A DNA stretch of 64,000 nt from Botryllus schlosseri (taxonomy: Eukaryota). The stretch lies in the NCBI GenBank assembly GCA_051294905.1, contig CM119378.1, positions 8,804,001-8,868,000 on the forward strand. The letters run 5' to 3'. Below are positions 1 through 64,000 of this stretch, piece by piece. The position numbers and the translations under genes were made by a program. Each line of letters opens with the position of its first letter. Position 1 is the first letter of the stretch. The notes under the pieces are model-generated. The model saw nothing but the letters and a program-made list of their open reading frames with translations. It did not search any database and was not told where the DNA came from.

Positions 1-802
1 ATCTACAAAGTTGCCAAACGCTGTTGTTTTTGGCAAAGGACTGCTGGGCGAACTGGTCTGAATGCTTTTAAAAAGCCAAACCACCACAATTTGAGTGGTC
101 AAATCGAGTGTCTGGCTCATTGGATTCCGAGTCTAGTCGAGTATTCGAGTACTGCATATTATGACGTCCCGTAATATTGACCTGGAAAGTTTAAAAATGC
201 ATCCCTTTATGCGGACGCAAGAAAAAATAATGCCAGCTACTCGTCGTCCAATATAATTTTGTATTTCACGACTGTAGCTATTTCGTGCTACACGCTTTGT
301 GACGGTGTTTGCAATCTGTAACTCGTAGAAATGACGTTTCAGCAAACTTGAGTGGATGAGTGTTATTAACAACTTAGAATTTAAGGTTCCTACCTTGGGA
401 AGAAATGTCGCACTGTGTTTCTCATTCATAAAATAACAACCGTGTTCGTGTCAGGGGCTTGACTCAAATCATTATAATGGAAAAAATCGTTTTGCCAGGG
501 TATAAATATTGAAAGAGCGATATTGTTTAAAGTGACGGTGTGACGCTGGACCGAACAAACACCGGTGAAGTCGCAATGTTCCCACATGCATTTTTTCGCC
601 TTACTGACTTTCGCTGGTGCTTGATACCGGGTTCTGAATAAGCTCACGTTAGCGACATCACGGGGTCGACACCCATGTCTCCAAATTTACCAATTTTCAA
701 TGATCTCGATCGCAATCAGTGAGAAAATGAAATCTGTCCCGGCTTGGACCAACAATCACACAATGTGATGAAAAATTTTTTTGATCGGCTTTTCATTTCT
801 AG

Positions 803-3800
803 GACGAAGACGACGAGGATGATCCCCACGACAACAGCGATGAGGAATTGGAGAGCGACAGAAACGACAAGTCCTCGGCCAGCCTACAGTTCAACAGCCC
901 GTTCAGAACGCCCGGGCCGGTTCCCGCTGCCAGAAGCCGGCCCGTCAGTGCAATAAATCCAGGCGCTCCGATCGTGAGTGAAATTTTTTCAAAATTTGTC
1001 GGGTGGGCAAATGTGGCTGCGATAACAGAAATTGTCGGCCGCTAAAATTGTATAGTCCTGATCTGCCGAGTTACTCTTTGGGTAGTGCAGACACAAAAAT
1101 CCTTATTCTGCCCCACTCTGCAGACCCGTTTCCAGTTAAAGTTTAAACAAAAATCACATATTTTCAACTTTGAAAAGATATATTACATGCAATCGGGCAG
1201 TGTTTCTCCAACTTTTTTCGATCATGCGCCACCAAGTCGATTTTTCTTTACTGCGCACCATGTGACTCCTGTGTTACTTGATTTACTCAGATGATCCAAT
1301 CATTATTAGTAGGGCAAGCTTTTGTTGCACTAAAATCGCGAGAAAGGTGCATTGAATTTTACCAAAAGTTGCATTTATAATTTTTGTTGAATTATTAGGG
1401 TATGAGGTACTCGAAAGGTTCCGTTGTATAACCTAGTTCCTGCAGAGCTGTCGAATTTGTTACTTAGCCATTTAACGGTCTGACGAAACCGGCAAAAATG
1501 ACAATTTTCCCCGCAATGCAGGAATAATTTTTCCCAAAAAAGCCAAACAGCATTGCGATAACCCCTTCCCCCTAAAACCAGTCGAACAACAAACCACAAA
1601 CCCCCTAGGTCTGCAAACTTGACCCAAGGCATTACAGAAAAACTCACTGTTGGCGACTTTAACAAATTCAATAGCCTGAAAAGGGTGACCCAGTGAATAT
1701 GTAATTTTCGGCGGTCTGGTTGTTCGTGAAATGGGAAACTATTTCAAATTTTAACAGCAGAATTTATAAAGCAATCTATTCACATATTGTTCGGGCACGG
1801 TCGTGCTTGGCAGGGGTAGTTGAACTTCTTGCTTACAAGCCATTGTGTCATAGATAACAGTGAGACGAAGATAACCCATCATATAGCTCTTTGTTATGCA
1901 AATCAAAGAGAATAGAACCATACTGGAAATGGTTTACAGCCGGTTTTTAAATCACTCCTTTACATTTTTACGCAATATTTGATCAAAGTTTCAGTAAAAA
2001 TTGGCATGAAAAATAGAGAAAAGTTGCAAAAAGTTGCACTATAAAATCCCTCCAAACAGATTAAAACGTCATAGCAGATCGATTCTGAGTATCTAGGAAG
2101 CTATCGGAAGCTGTAAAAAAAGTTGCAAAAGTTGCAAAAACTTGCCCTAATTATTAGTTATTGGTGTTGTTACTATACCACACCATCAATGACTATCAAG
2201 AAAACACAGTTTAATGTGATGAATACACAACTCTCTGCACAATCTCGCCTATCCAGGGTATGACATCAATCGCCCGCATCGGAGACGATGTCCAGATCAA
2301 TAACACAATTCTGGCTCTTAGACTTGATAACATTATTCCTATCAAGGCTGGGAAGCCATACTGACGCTGCCAAGTCGAAGCAGGTATCTTTTTTTGCTGG
2401 TTAGTCTTCATATCTGCATTAAATGGGTTTTAATACAAGCCACTCGCTGTGGCAAACATTATCCTGTGTACTCAATTGCAAATATGTATTCTGGATTATA
2501 CTTTTTTGGCCATAAATTCCCAACCACTGTTATATTTGCTTTTGTGATTTCGCATTAATTTTGTCGTAATTTTACACATCTTTCTTTTATTTAGAGTACC
2601 GCCACCACTCCCGATTCCGTCGGCCGCTTGAGACCCACCTCATTCAAGGACCGACACCGACCCAGCCTACCGGGAAACGTCCTGGGATTGTCAAGCCCGG
2701 CCGGTGGGGCACCGACTCCGCCGCCCAAACCGGCCTTGCCCGTTTCCAACCAGGCGAGCGTCACCCGTAATCGGAGTCGGACCGTGGCGCCTGTCGCCAA
2801 TCTGCGGGAGCATAAGAGAACGAGCTCGGACACGCGCGCCACGGTGTCGCCGACACAATCGTCGTTCCCGGTTCATCAAGGGAGGAACGCGAACGTGACC
2901 AAAGAACTAGGTTGGTCTTTCCCTGTTTTCTTGTGTATGAAATAGAAACAAAGATAGGTGGCGAGGATAGGAGTTATTTTAGGAGCGATTGAATCCTTGA
3001 TTGGCCGTATTGGAGGTACAGAATAACAAAATACAATTGAATGGTATATTCATGTTGAAATGAACCCGGATATTGTCGGCTGACACTCGTCTGGGGTAAT
3101 CGTCGGTAACTAGTAGAGAATTGCTAACGAGACTCCGCTCATTACAGAAAACCTCTTCCGTGCCCCGCCACCTTTGCCGCCCCATAATCCCCCGGCCGCA
3201 GCGGCGCCCATGACGAGAGGACCGCCTCCCCAGCACCCCCCGGTGACTCATCGGCCGTTGCCTGCGCCCGTGCCGACCCACGAGCCTAAAAGGTAGGTTG
3301 GATCGTGCGCTTTTCTCTCCTTAATCTGCTATCGCCGATTCTTGTTTCTTTCCGACAGGGATTCGTTCAATGAATCGTCTGGCAAAGGGGGTACGTATTT
3401 TTTTGCTCGGCAATTTTGAGTTGTTTTGGTGTTTTCTAAAGTATGTGCCAGCGCCGATTGCGTGTATCTAATGGCTTTTGGCAGTTCATCGTGTTCGTGT
3501 ATACTTTCGTCTGTTTTGCAACTGGAATAGGTTGTCAAGCGAAATTGAGCCTTTCGTTTGTGCAATAAATATTGCTAAACGCAATCATGGTACAGGTTAA
3601 GTGGGGGGCACCTTTTTTTACTGCACAGCCGGGATAAAATACTGAGTGGCCTAACTGCGTAATTAGGGCAGCCTATGAATGAATAGGTTCTTGATTATGC
3701 GTAGTCCGTAATCATAATCATGGCAATATTACCCTGGTCTATAATGCTACATGGTCACTACATGGCACTGTAGTTGGTTTTACATCTGTAGTTTCAATGT

Positions 3801-6800
3801 GGTCTTTCGCGGACGCCTTGAACCAGTCCGCGGACCTCGGGTTAAGAACCCCTGGTCTGGTATCTTGGATGGAGTGGGGTATTGTTTTGTGTAATGCTAC
3901 TGTTTTCGTGAATATGTATCGCTACTGTGGATTAACACTGTATCTACTTATACATTTTTGGCACCCGCACTAATCTGCGTGCTAAATTAACGGTATGCGT
4001 CGCGAGCATGATACTAAGAGTGCGACGTAGCGATTTCAGCTCTTGCATGGCGACGACCGTAACAGGAAACAACACAGAATCCGTCATAACATATGTTTTG
4101 CCCAATTATCCCGCGTTTGAAAATATATGTGTGATTATCGCCGCGTATGATTTGCACTAACCCCGTTTTCATTCTCGATTGTTGTTTTACTGCAGCCACC
4201 AAAAAATTCTTGATTAAGAAATATAGTAAGCTGAAGTCTCGTCGGAAACCGCGATCCGCTTCCGAGAACGGTAAACGACTCGTTTTGGAGTCTGTCGTGC
4301 GCGACGGGGGGAGTGTTCGTTTTGCGTATGTCGTCACCCCGTCCGCTTTTGTTTTGTCATTCGTTACGTCATGAATGTCGGCAGTTTGTTTGTCGGATCA
4401 CAAAATCGTTTCGCATGCGTGCCAGCGACTTGATTCATTGCGCTCGAAACTTATTATTTGAGGGTTTTTCTCCTTTAAATCACGATTTAAAGGAAACTTT
4501 TTACCCCTAGTGTTGATTTTCGAAGAATTTATATTGAATTCCTTCCTAACGACAGCCCTTGAATTGAATTCAATTGAGTTCCCTCCCTACTCTGCGCTAC
4601 TAAGCGAGCACCGCAGAACCCGTTCAGTTGTATACGTCATAGATATGTCATAAATAGTAACTGTCTTCGACCTTCGTAGACATATCAGTTAGCTGCATTC
4701 GGTATGTATTGGCCGGTCTTCAATTTTATAAGTGCCATAAAAGTTTACTTCTCGTTGAAATTACTGAAAAGTGGTTTCCTCCTCGACCAGAATTTTATAG
4801 TAAATAAAGTCGACGTGGGATATATTGTTCATAGTAACACCGCCAATCAGACCTTTTAGTCGAATTAGGTGAGACAAATCCCCTGTTAACGGTTCGATTT
4901 TTATATGACTAATTGAAGGCGTTCCATAACAACTATAAGATAGTTGCGGTACTCTTGAACACACGAGAGAAATCAATAGAAAAAAAGTGTCATATTTCTC
5001 TGTCGAAACGCGACAGCGTGAGCACTTTGAATTCCCGAGTTCAAAAAGGAGCCAGAAATATTCGAGAAGGATAGAGATCGAAGCAGCGTTTCAAAAGAGA
5101 AGGGTTTCGAACCCTAAATGCCCATCAGGATAGAAAATGAAGACTTATTCTCTATCATTATTGGCCCGATAGTACGATGTCGGTCCCACTCTAGTCGTAG
5201 GTGTGACGGAAAGTTGCCTACGTCAGGCTCGTATCAGACGAATTTTGTGGAACCTTCGCTTTCATTGCACGCAGATCCTTCCATGTTTTGTGTCGAATTA
5301 TATCTATTTGCCGATTCTTCATCAATCGTTTAACCGTGTGAATTTACTAATCGCAACTCTTTTTTGTTTTTGCATGCCAACCTCTTCTCCGCCTGCCTTC
5401 TTCTCTCGCAATTTCGTCCCGCTCGCATGACTCTAATTTACCCCGCGGCAGGCCAACCCCGGCAGCACCAACAGTTTTCCATTATCGGCTCGATTCAGAA
5501 CGCCTTCAAGGGCCAGGCGAAAACATCGCGAAAGCCGTCGGGCTCACGCGGCCCCGTGTCTCGAAATTTTTCCATGCTGCACCCCGCGCCGCTGTCCCGG
5601 TCTCAGTCGAAGTCGAACGTGGCCAAGGGCAAAAAGAGCGGAAACGCGGCGGAAAATCGTGGCCCGCTGTCGCCGTGTCAAAATTCGTTATCTTCGAGTC
5701 GAAGTTTAGAGTCTTTGTTGTCCCGGGAAGGGCCACCGGAACCGCCAGATTTACAGTCTCTGCGCGAACCCGCCCGACCCATGCAGATTACCGCTTATTT
5801 TGGCCCCACGGGTAACGCCGACTCGTTCAAAATCAACCCGTTGTACGCCAACTGCCAAATCGGCATGTTGGAGTGGTCCAGCGGTGATGTGTGCGATTCG
5901 ACCGATGGCGACGTGACCGGTGCCCGTCTCAATGCCACCTGTCCTTTGCCTTCTCATTCTGCGAGTTTCCCAGCGGACACCGTAACGCCGACTGCAATAC
6001 GTGACGGACAACACCAGGGTGCCGGGACTAGAGATTTCGCGCCAGTCGAGTATAGCCAAAGCGACTCCCGTCCAGGCATGCGTTTACTTTCTTAGCCCTG
6101 CGTTTTGGTTTTGTTTTTGCATGTTCGATCGATCTGACGACGCATGACGCGTGGTAGCATGGCGTGGTTATCGGGGGGTAGGGTTGTAATCTTTGTTTTC
6201 GTTATGCAGTGACCGGGAGGCTTCAGAACGTGCAATCTGCGGGCGCCGCGCCACCGGCACTGCCGGATAAGATGGCGCAGAGGGAGTTGCCTCCGCCACC
6301 CCTTCCAAGGTTGGTGACACATATTTGGTGATGTGACTTGATATATAGAGTTCTTTTGAATTCTCCGCTAGATGCTTGATTAGCCCTGACGATTGTTAAT
6401 TTTTAGTATGAGTCTAATACTCAATTGTGTATTGAAGTCCTGTGCTTTCAAGAGTCTCTTCATGGTTGTTGTGTTCGCCAAACTGAATCGATTACGAGCG
6501 GTCTTGAATTCGTCCGCACCCCACGTTTCTTCCCTTGGTGTCCGAGAGTCTTCCTTGTAAGCGACACTCCTGTGCTGAATTGTTGCTGCTACAATACCGG
6601 TCTCTTTGAGTTTGGCCGGTAGACCGAACCGCTCTTGAAATAGGCAGCGGTGGTCAATGTAGTTGTCGCTGGTGGTTGTGTAGAAGTAATGCCATAAATT
6701 TCTACTCAACTTCAGGTAGAAGTGGTGAGCGGAAGTAGAGGTGAAGGTGTGAAAAGCACTCGATTAGTTTGAAAAAGAAAGATGTAACATCGGCGTTTGC

Positions 6801-8268
6801 TCTTCGAAAATATATTCAGTATTCGGCATGGCTGTTTTTCCAGGTTGTCACGACGAATTTCCTCACAAAGGTCATAAAAAATCTTAAAACTGCTTTGTAC
6901 AAAAATGTCTCAAACCCCGTTTCTACTTTGTAAATATAGTAAGTTGTTTTGGGTGTAGAGTAAAATTTTGACTGTAAAATAGTTCTGTGTCGGCAGCAGA
7001 CTTTATGCTGCGATAAAGGCCGAGCGATGTACGATTTGTAATTAGTTGCCATGCAATAACTACAAATCGATGGAAACAGACAAAAGAATAGGTCGTTGTA
7101 TTATGACGTGTCATCAACACTCCCCGGCGCTTATTCTGGCGGACTGTTGATTCTGCTTGAACATATACAGTACACTGTCATCTTAGAATGATCTTAGTCT
7201 TCTACGGGCGGCGGGCGCTTTTGTGTTGGAAATTGAAAGAAAATATCAAACTCTAGGTCGTCGGGCTCAATGTCGCGGCCGAGGAGGGTGAAAGCGATCT
7301 ACGATTGTGACGCGGACAACCCGGACGAGCTGACGTTTGTCGAAAACGAAATCATCCTCGTCACCGGTATAGAAGACCAGGAGTGGTGGGTGAGTTCCGT
7401 TTTCTCCGGAATAGGAACAGAAGAAGTAGCTGCTCAACTACATTTTGAAGTAGCAGATATGTCAAAGTAACAGTAAAAGAGGGGAGGTCATACCACTAAT
7501 CGATTAAAGTAGATTTGGTCGGGGCTTTACTTTAGCATTTCGTCGTTGGAGGAGGCTACTTTAGAAACTGAAGATGCATCTTGACGACTAACCAATGCTT
7601 CGGACCAGGCCTAAATGTTAAGTTGCTTCAGCTCCGGTAAATGCCTTTAGTGAAAACTATGAAATGGGTCAGTCGGTTGTCAGCACCATCGGTTGCAGTT
7701 AATATCATGCTCTCGGCTATCTGCTCTCATATCCCCAGAAACGAGGTCGCACCAAAAAGGTTGCAATAAAGAGGCAACAATTCTCAATTTTGTGAATTCT
7801 GCCAACAGCACTAGCATAGCGTCTTGTGAAATCCATCGGAATCGGAGCTACCACGCGAAGTTTATTACAAAGATGAAAGAAGAAATTGCCACAAGGGCAC
7901 ACCAGCACACAACGACATAAGTTTCTCTCCGTCACATGCGATCTGCCAGTCAATTGTACCCGTCCAACAGACTAAACTCCAATCAACATATCAACCCAAA
8001 AACACTTTCTACTCTACAAAATCCAAATTGTAAAAAGGAATTAGTTTAGCATAAGAAACTGGAATCGATCCTAAAACATAGCAAATAGGGAAGCGCTACT
8101 TGACAGTGCCCCGTTACTGCCAGCCTATGACAGATAGCAGTAATGCGTATAGAAGTCGCAGCCTCCTTAATCAATCGTCTCAATATTTTCCAGGTCGGGC
8201 ATATCGAACATCAGCCGCACAGGACCGGGGTGTTCCCCGTCAGTTTTGTTCAAAATCTCCCAGACTGA
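803..8268 (+). CDS. ASAP: ASAP-family ArfGAP (ASAP1/2-like), 3' part: acidic linker, proline-rich region and SH3; 5' exons lie outside the window
   Basis: Exons 803-973, 2595-2910, 3148-3292, 3359-3390, 5452-6075, 6210-6309, 7257-7389 and 8194-8268 (TGA) join with matching phases. All introns are GT-AG except one GC-AG (donor at 6076). The spliced C-terminus RPRRVKAIYDCDADNPDELTFVENEIILVTGIEDQEWW|VGHIEHQPHRTGVFPVSFVQNLPD* closely follows the ASAP1/2 SH3. PxxP motifs (PTPPPKP, PPPLPP, PPPPLP) precede it. Confidence 0.88.
1310..2149. mobile_element. hAT-type MITE, family D (TIR TAGGGCAAG)
   Basis: TIRs TAGGGCAAG and CTTGCCCTA. The 8-bp TSD ATTATTAG is at 1302-1309 and 2150-2157. Subterminal AAAGTTGCA repeats are present. 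Confidence 0.85.
5452..6075 (+). CDS. ASAP: 624-nt Ser/Pro-rich exon of the ASAP-like gene, symmetric phase 1-1, with a predicted GC donor
   Basis: It lies within ORF 5364-6095. The acceptor is CCCCGCGGCAG|GC at 5452 and the donor AG|GCATGC at 6076 gives the phase needed by the next exon at 6210. Confidence 0.6.
7257..8268 (+). CDS. ASAP: SH3 domain exons of the ASAP-like gene (7257-7389 and 8194-8268)
   Basis: SH3 hallmarks AIYDC, ELTF, EWW and GVFPVSFV are present. A phase-0 intron (GTGAGT...CAG) splits WW|VG. Confidence 0.93.
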
Positions 8269-10095
8269 TAGTCGCTGGGAAGCGTTACTTTTGTCGGACC
8301 GCGCCGGCAACAGCGCCGCTACTATGACCGCGAGCGATCTCTCTATCTATTCCACGTTATCGTATTCCGAGGTTTTGAAATCGGCGACACCAACGTGCGG
8401 AAAAGTTTCACTATGTAACTGCGGGATTGCGTTCGACGTTCATTTGAGACGAGATGCGTGTTTTGTATGTGCTCCGATGATTTTTGCCAGTGTTATGAAT
8501 GACCCATGCTTGTATCGCGGTAACGCATCATATTCCTAACTCTTGTTACTGGGACGTGGCGACGTAACATTACAGTGTATATGTAGGAATTGGAGATATC
8601 TAAATATATCTGGTGCAGGCACATCTAAGTGATTCCAAGAATTCTACAACTTGAGCTGGTTTAATATGTCGTCGGGCGTTGAAAGTTATTCATATTATGA
8701 ATTACATAGCCAAAGCTGGTATATAATTGGCAATGTTGACAATATTTGTCCTGATCACCATATTATTGCACTGTTTGAATGCTGCAGCATCTCGAGCGCC
8801 CTGGTATGTGCAAGCACCCAAACTCCCCTCCATAATAGACGTCTACGTTTTGAGAATGATCATGTGTTTCGCGTCGAATGCATTTATTGTACATATATAG
8901 GGTTGAGATGATAGTAAACTTTATGTATCCTGTATTGATCGTATTGTAATCTATATCGAAATGTTTTTATTTGATACTTGACACCATGAACCCTAACCGA
9001 CGAATCAGATGTCATCCAAACGTGATCATATTTTCAAGTAAGGCGCGGCAAAGTGTTACCCGGTGGAAGTACTTTCATGCGTGTCATGTGATGTGTGTGT
9101 GTGTATAGCCCCAAATCCACAACATCAGTTTATATCCACACACTCATCCCGCTTCATTAAGTTTCATACTGACACGTTTGGTCATGTATGCAGAAAAAAC
9201 GTTGAGAGCACCTGTTGAATATATGCCCTGTGCAATTGTACTCCGCTGAAGAATGTGTCAAGGACCTTTTCCCTATCCCGTCACGCTGAGAACGGGTACC
9301 GTTATGCTAGACAAAATTTGTGAGGTCTTTATTCAATTTCTGTAGTTAGCTTCTATATTTCCTGTTTCGTTCAGTGTATTGGATATTGAAATACGCTTGA
9401 TTAACGTAAGCAACAAGCTGCGTGCTTGTAGACATGTATGTATCCGTTAATATTACTTATACTAGCGGCTGGAACAATCCTATGTTCATCGAAATACAGA
9501 AACCGAACGTCTGCTCTTGATTTGTGTATGGTTGGTAGTGACAAGGTGAGGAATGCTGGATGAATGAAAATGATTATGATTCTGAACTAGAAGAACCTTG
9601 AAGTGCCCTCGAACTTGAGTACTCAACTTGACCCTGAACCTTCACCAATTACAGCTTCTGGAAACATTTCAGTGTGTTATGAAAACTATCGCGATACATT
9701 GGCACCATAGGCAGTAACTTCAAATGCAAAACTACGCAGAAATAAATGCAATCTAAAAACGAATGAAAATAGCATATTCAACATGCAAATCGGTGGAAAG
9801 ACGGCGCTGGCTTTAAAACACATTTTCGTCTAGAAATACATTGATAATAACGTGACAGGGTGAAAATAATTTCATAAGAATGCAGAACGCGTTGGCCGCT
9901 TTGACTTTGCCATACCGACAGAGCGTGCGGCACAAAATTTATGCTGAGAATACTCGCGTATACGCTGTGGCAGACGTTAAAAAATCGACTGAACTGTGCG
10001 TGTGAAGATCACGCCCCGATAAATATCAAGAATCTCGAGAGAGGATGCAAAAAAATAAAGAAATACTGATTGAATTTGATGATTATATATATCTG

Positions 10096-61796
<51,701 letters not shown>

Positions 61797-61869
61797 CTGT
61801 GCGTAGCGATTTCGATTGGTCAGGTCTATTGCCAAACCTCAAAGTGTGCATTTAAACACGGGAGCTAAG

Positions 61870-62227
61870 TACCCTTTATACTGCCATACAGAATATAATG
61901 CCAGTTCTACGTCACATTAAAGATAATAATTAGGAATTTTGTCGACCAAGTCAATTCCATCGTGCTTTATGGCAATGCTGTGGGTTGATCACGACCTCAC
62001 AGATATATCATTTCTATTGCCGTGCGTAGCTTTGTAATACACGTTTCGTAAGCCAAGATACGACCAACCGAGGTTTCAAGGCTTCCACGCTGGAAAATAG
62101 TATCTAAACTATGATTTTCGTAGATAAATTTAGTCATAGTGGCACGGAGCGTACAGTATATATCATTAGAATTTATAAACTAACACTCCATTCAGATCGA
62201 GAACTCTAAGCATTGGGCCCAGCCCCA
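61870..62227. mobile_element. Diverged family C MITE copy
   Basis: Aligns by eye to 60440-60819 and ends in GCATTGGGCCCAGCCCCA. Confidence 0.55.
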
Positions 62228-62266
62228 GAGCTCGGCCATATCTAGCGGTTTTACATCGGTTGGAGA

Positions 62267-62510
62267 CGTGGCGGGATAGCGCAGTGGTATAATCCGCGGC
62301 TGCAACACCGATGGGTGCGGGTTCGAGTCCCACCGAGGTCGACTTCCGAAATCCGATACCTAAGGAGGTTTAACAATCTAACTCATCCGCGTCAGCGGAG
62401 TCTTACTAAGGTGCTATAAGTCGGCAGTTACGGAAAACAAGAAGAATATCGGCCTGGTGTAAATGACCATAGTAGTCGACAAACACCATGAGTACCCCAA
62501 AAACAAACAA
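62267..62510 (+). mobile_element. tRNA-derived SINE with 14-bp TSD
   Basis: A box TAGCGCAGTGG, B box GGTTCGAGTCCC and an (AAAC)n-like tail. TSD ACATCGGTTGGAGA is at 62253-62266 and 62511-62524. Confidence 0.88.
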
Positions 62511-62547
62511 ACATCGGTTGGAGATCTCATCGGGTCAAAGTAATCAC

Positions 62548-63072
62548 AAGGGCAAGTTTCTGCATCTTTTGAAACTTTTTTTACAACTTCCGGCAGCTTC
62601 CTAAATACTCAGAAGTTGTGGTGTTTTAAGCTGTTTGGAGGAATCTTATATTGCAACTTTTTGCATCTTTTGTTTTTGCTTTGCATCTTTTTCGATTTTT
62701 CATGCAAGTATTTGCAAGTGTTTTCTATTTTTATGCAACTAACTTTTTACTGGAAATATGTGGTACTGTATGTAAATAAACCGCTTGATTATTTCACCGT
62801 CGTTTAAATCTGAGGTCCTTTCTGATTTAACGTACATTCAGGCTAGACCTCCGAAAGTTATATTTTCACTGGGTCAATTTTTTCAGGCTATTGATTTTGT
62901 TGAAGTCGCCAACATTGAGTTTTGCTACAGTGCCTTGGATACGGAACGATTGTAGTATCTCGTACCCTAATAATTTCAAGGAACTTGTCCATAAATTCAA
63001 CTTTTTACTGCAACTTTTGTGAAACATAAGTGCAACTTTCCTCGGATTTGACTGCAACAAAAACTTGCCCTA
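62548..63072. mobile_element. hAT-type MITE, family D, second copy in inverted orientation
   Basis: Ends AAGGGCAAG and CTTGCCCTA. TSD GTAATCAC is at 62540-62547 and 63073-63080. The interior is similar to 1310-2149. Confidence 0.82.
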
Positions 63073-64000
63073 GTAATCACAGATGCCGCACCCGAACGCA
63101 AGTATAAATTACGCTGCGAGATCCCAAATGTGATCAGCATTTAAGTACTTCTAGTTTATATAAGTAGGCTACTCAAGTAAGGTAGGTTTTTCCTCCTTAT
63201 GCTACTTACTCGAGTGCTTATATTTATAAACTACTTTCAGTTCTACTTCAGTTATTAAGCAAAACAACTTACTTTTTAAACTTTGAATTTTGTGAAGTAG
63301 AAAGTAGTTTTGGGATGTGCTTGCATCGCTTTTACGAGTCGAATAGTGATGGCAAACGGGCGAAAGAGCCCCTGTATCATGGTAGCTGAATATCTTTTCG
63401 AAAATCGCACATACATCCGTGGTATCATTGCGCATTTACGTTAGTCCAGAAGATATAGAGCCTACAATTTCGAAAACGGCCAAATCCGACCAACTGCTAA
63501 AGGTATGCGACCCTTCGACCGAATCTACTTTTAGAAAGTATTTGAGTACTTGTTATATCGTCAATGTAAACTTGTACTTGAAGTAGTTTTGACATGTCTT
63601 GTAAATTGCTACTTCTACTTGATATATAGATCGATAGGCTTTAATTTGTCACACCAATAAACAAGGTATCAGAAGACTGAGTAGAATTTTTCATGGTTAC
63701 TTTTACTTGAGTATCAACGCTGACTGCTTAGACCACTTCTAGAGGTTCTGCTCCAATACAGTGAAAATTCCGCGACTCCCGAAGCAGGAAAACTATTTTA
63801 AAATGGGAATATGGATCGAGATGTTAGCAGAATACTTTCAAGCACATTTCAATGTACTATGTATGATTACGCAAAGACTTTTGTCGGTCAATAGGCCAGG
63901 ATAGTTTCGAAAACAAGCATGAAGGACATCCGTGACGCAGAATAATGCTGGTATGCAGACAGGCGCAACTTAAATATTTTGTTCCGTGACCGACCGTGAT

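Noticed and set aside
3177-3188. Suspected homopolymer frameshift in an ASAP exon
   Set aside because: A recount against the ORF track shows four C residues, and the frame reads PPPLPPHNPP without a stop.
4300-4700. Possible internal promoter in the ASAP intron (TTACGTCA CRE-like motifs, CpG-richer sequence)
   Set aside because: Short motifs alone are not evidence, and no transcript start can be inferred from sequence.
6380-6709. 109-aa - strand ORF in an ASAP intron
   Set aside because: Non-ATG start, no recognisable motif and no supporting splice structure.
62270-62340. Possible tRNA gene (CTGCA loop, A and B boxes)
   Set aside because: The acceptor and anticodon stems do not pair, and it is followed by a SINE body, tail and TSD.
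61826-64000. Search for upstream EGF or signal-peptide exons of the giant gene
   Set aside because: The region is mostly MITEs and a SINE, and no convincing exon was found. The gene start probably lies beyond 64000.

Overview
This is intron-rich animal genomic DNA, not prokaryotic. Many introns are only 55-70 nt and the species cannot be identified from the sequence. Two convergent genes are present, both running off the window at their 5' ends. (1) On the + strand (803-8268) is the 3' part of an ASAP-family ArfGAP gene: proline-rich region plus C-terminal SH3. (2) On the - strand (61796 down to 10096) is a very large gene that I traced by hand as 79 exons. Every junction has matching phase, giving about 13.09 kb of open frame, or at least about 4,360 aa, with no signal peptide inside the window. 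Its C-terminal half is a Kielin/chordin-like module: about 31 VWC repeats, then GDPH-VWD, C8 and TIL. Its N-terminal half is a tandemly duplicated super-module: EGF, Kunitz, a GACC cysteine module, a half-VWC, a tyrosinase-like domain, G-[YF]-[DN] pentapeptide repeats and unnamed Cys modules. Both tyrosinase-like domains have lost most or all of their copper-binding histidines. A 1119-nt Asp/Tyr-rich exon interrupts the VWC array and could be a cassette or an alternative last exon. Introns carry several hAT-type MITE families with intact 8-bp TSDs, two tRNA-derived SINEs, a CR1/L2-type LINE fragment and a long foldback element. All exon models and counts are manual and lack transcript support.
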